In this document: in pieces, positions 62,656 to 64,000 of the stretch | Position numbering within the stretch: the stretch's first letter is position 1 | Layout of the letters: every line of letters starts with the position of its first letter | Source of the DNA: Malacoraja senta | Lineage: Eukaryota | Assembly (NCBI GenBank): GCA_038087875.1 | Contig: CM075996.1 | Coordinates: 4,714,001 to 4,778,000 of the forward strand | Length of the DNA: 64,000 nt | Direction of reading: 5' to 3' | Notes under the pieces: model-generated | The model's input: only the letters and a program-made list of their open reading frames with translations | Databases searched by the model: none | What the model was told of the DNA's origin: nothing | Translations under genes and position numbers: made by a program

Positions 62656-64000
62656 TAATTATTTGGTAGCTGCATTGCTTGTAACGGAACACAATCTACA
62701 CCAAGCATTGATCCTACATGTTGTCCTTTGAATTATTCTCCATTCTCTCTGCAATCATTGTTTCACCTTAAGCGTGGCACTTACTGCTGGGATATTTCTG
62801 GCTTACGTGAAAACAAATCTGAAGGTATGGTAAACTCTAAGATGATATTACTTTCAACACCCGACTGCCTCCATCTCCTAATGAGAAATTAAGACTGAAA
62901 GAGATGAACCATAATGTAGTGACCAAGGCTTCGATCTAAGCTAAAAGAATCAAATCACACCATAACAGTTGAATAATTTCAATTAATTATTCTAAAGAAC
63001 AAAATACAAATCTCCAGTAATAAAAGTGACCACAACACTTCTTCATTCACTTGTGTTCCTGTAGGAAATATGCTATTCATACTAAATCTGGCTTATTTGT
63101 AACTCCAGTATTCGTAACTGTAGATGCTTGGCTAATAGCTACATTTATACATTCTATCACCACCAGGGGGCCTGTACACCATTCCTGGTACAGTTTTGAA
63201 TCCTTACCTAGTTTTAATTCCAAATATGAACTCAGTGGCTTCTTACCTCTTGTTATATTTCTGTTATCACAAAAGCAATTTAATCCTTAATAGCTAAGGA
63301 TCTCCCATTCCACCACCCAACTGCAGTTTTTTCCCCAGTGATGTCTTTAGTGTTCATACCCGCTGTGTAAAATTTCAGCTCTTTCAGTCTTTCTTTTTAC
63401 TCTTGTAAAAAATGATCACTTGTGGTATGCATCATGCCACATCCTTCTGTTCTCATAATTTTAATTTTAATTTTCTGTCTTAAACACTTTAAACATTTTA
63501 GTTTTTTACTTGTAGCACATATTGAAATAAATCTCACCAATACTCTGGGTCATCTTTATTTTTTGAGTCCTACTATTGACAGAGTTCTTCCTTAAGCTCT
63601 TCCTTCACTTGGTGCATCAGTTCCAGTACTGATCCCAATGTCCCATTAAATGTTTGGATCCTTACATCCCCATGGCAATTCTGTTAAAACAACAAAAAGG
63701 CTCCAAAATATCCAATAGGAATTATGTGAGGATGTCATAACCAAAGTAAGCTTTGACAAAAAACTTGGGGAATTTATATTATGGATTTGTTCTGAAAACG
63801 GGTGGTAATTGGAATAGGTGTGCCTCATTAAACCAACTCACACGCTGTACTTGGCACAGAGCTGATTGCATTTCCCTTCCCAGGGATACAGCACAATTGT
63901 GTCAGCATCGTACTTGGCACATAAGGGAGTTCGCAATAATTGTTGTATAATGATTCTGTCACATGATGGTTGCCAGCAGCAATCACAGTGACAAAAGATG

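Overview
Repeat-rich vertebrate genomic DNA. The repeat complement (HE1/V-SINE-like tRNA SINEs, HER1-like CR1 LINEs, Penelope-like elements) suggests a cartilaginous fish, probably a skate or ray; this is inference. Two protein-coding genes are supported. (1) The terminal coding exon of a galanin receptor (+, 11223-11970) with GALR3-type residues. (2) The last five coding exons of GCAT, mitochondrial 2-amino-3-ketobutyrate CoA ligase (-, 28793-36302), all with GT-AG junctions and a continuous frame. The two genes are convergent. A 200-N gap (36673-36872) follows, and I could not find GCAT exons 1-4 beyond it. The rest is mostly nested transposons: CR1, L2, Rex1/Babar, Tx1, HERO, RTE-derived elements, Penelope-like elements, several SINEs and MITEs, plus tandem repeats. 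The most striking structure is a set of short (about 60-250 bp) Penelope-derived inserts. They are mostly fold-back hairpins, are flanked by 10-16 bp target-site duplications, and often carry a minimal hammerhead-ribozyme-like core. Family assignments come from recognising motifs by eye, not from database searches, and repeat boundaries are approximate.
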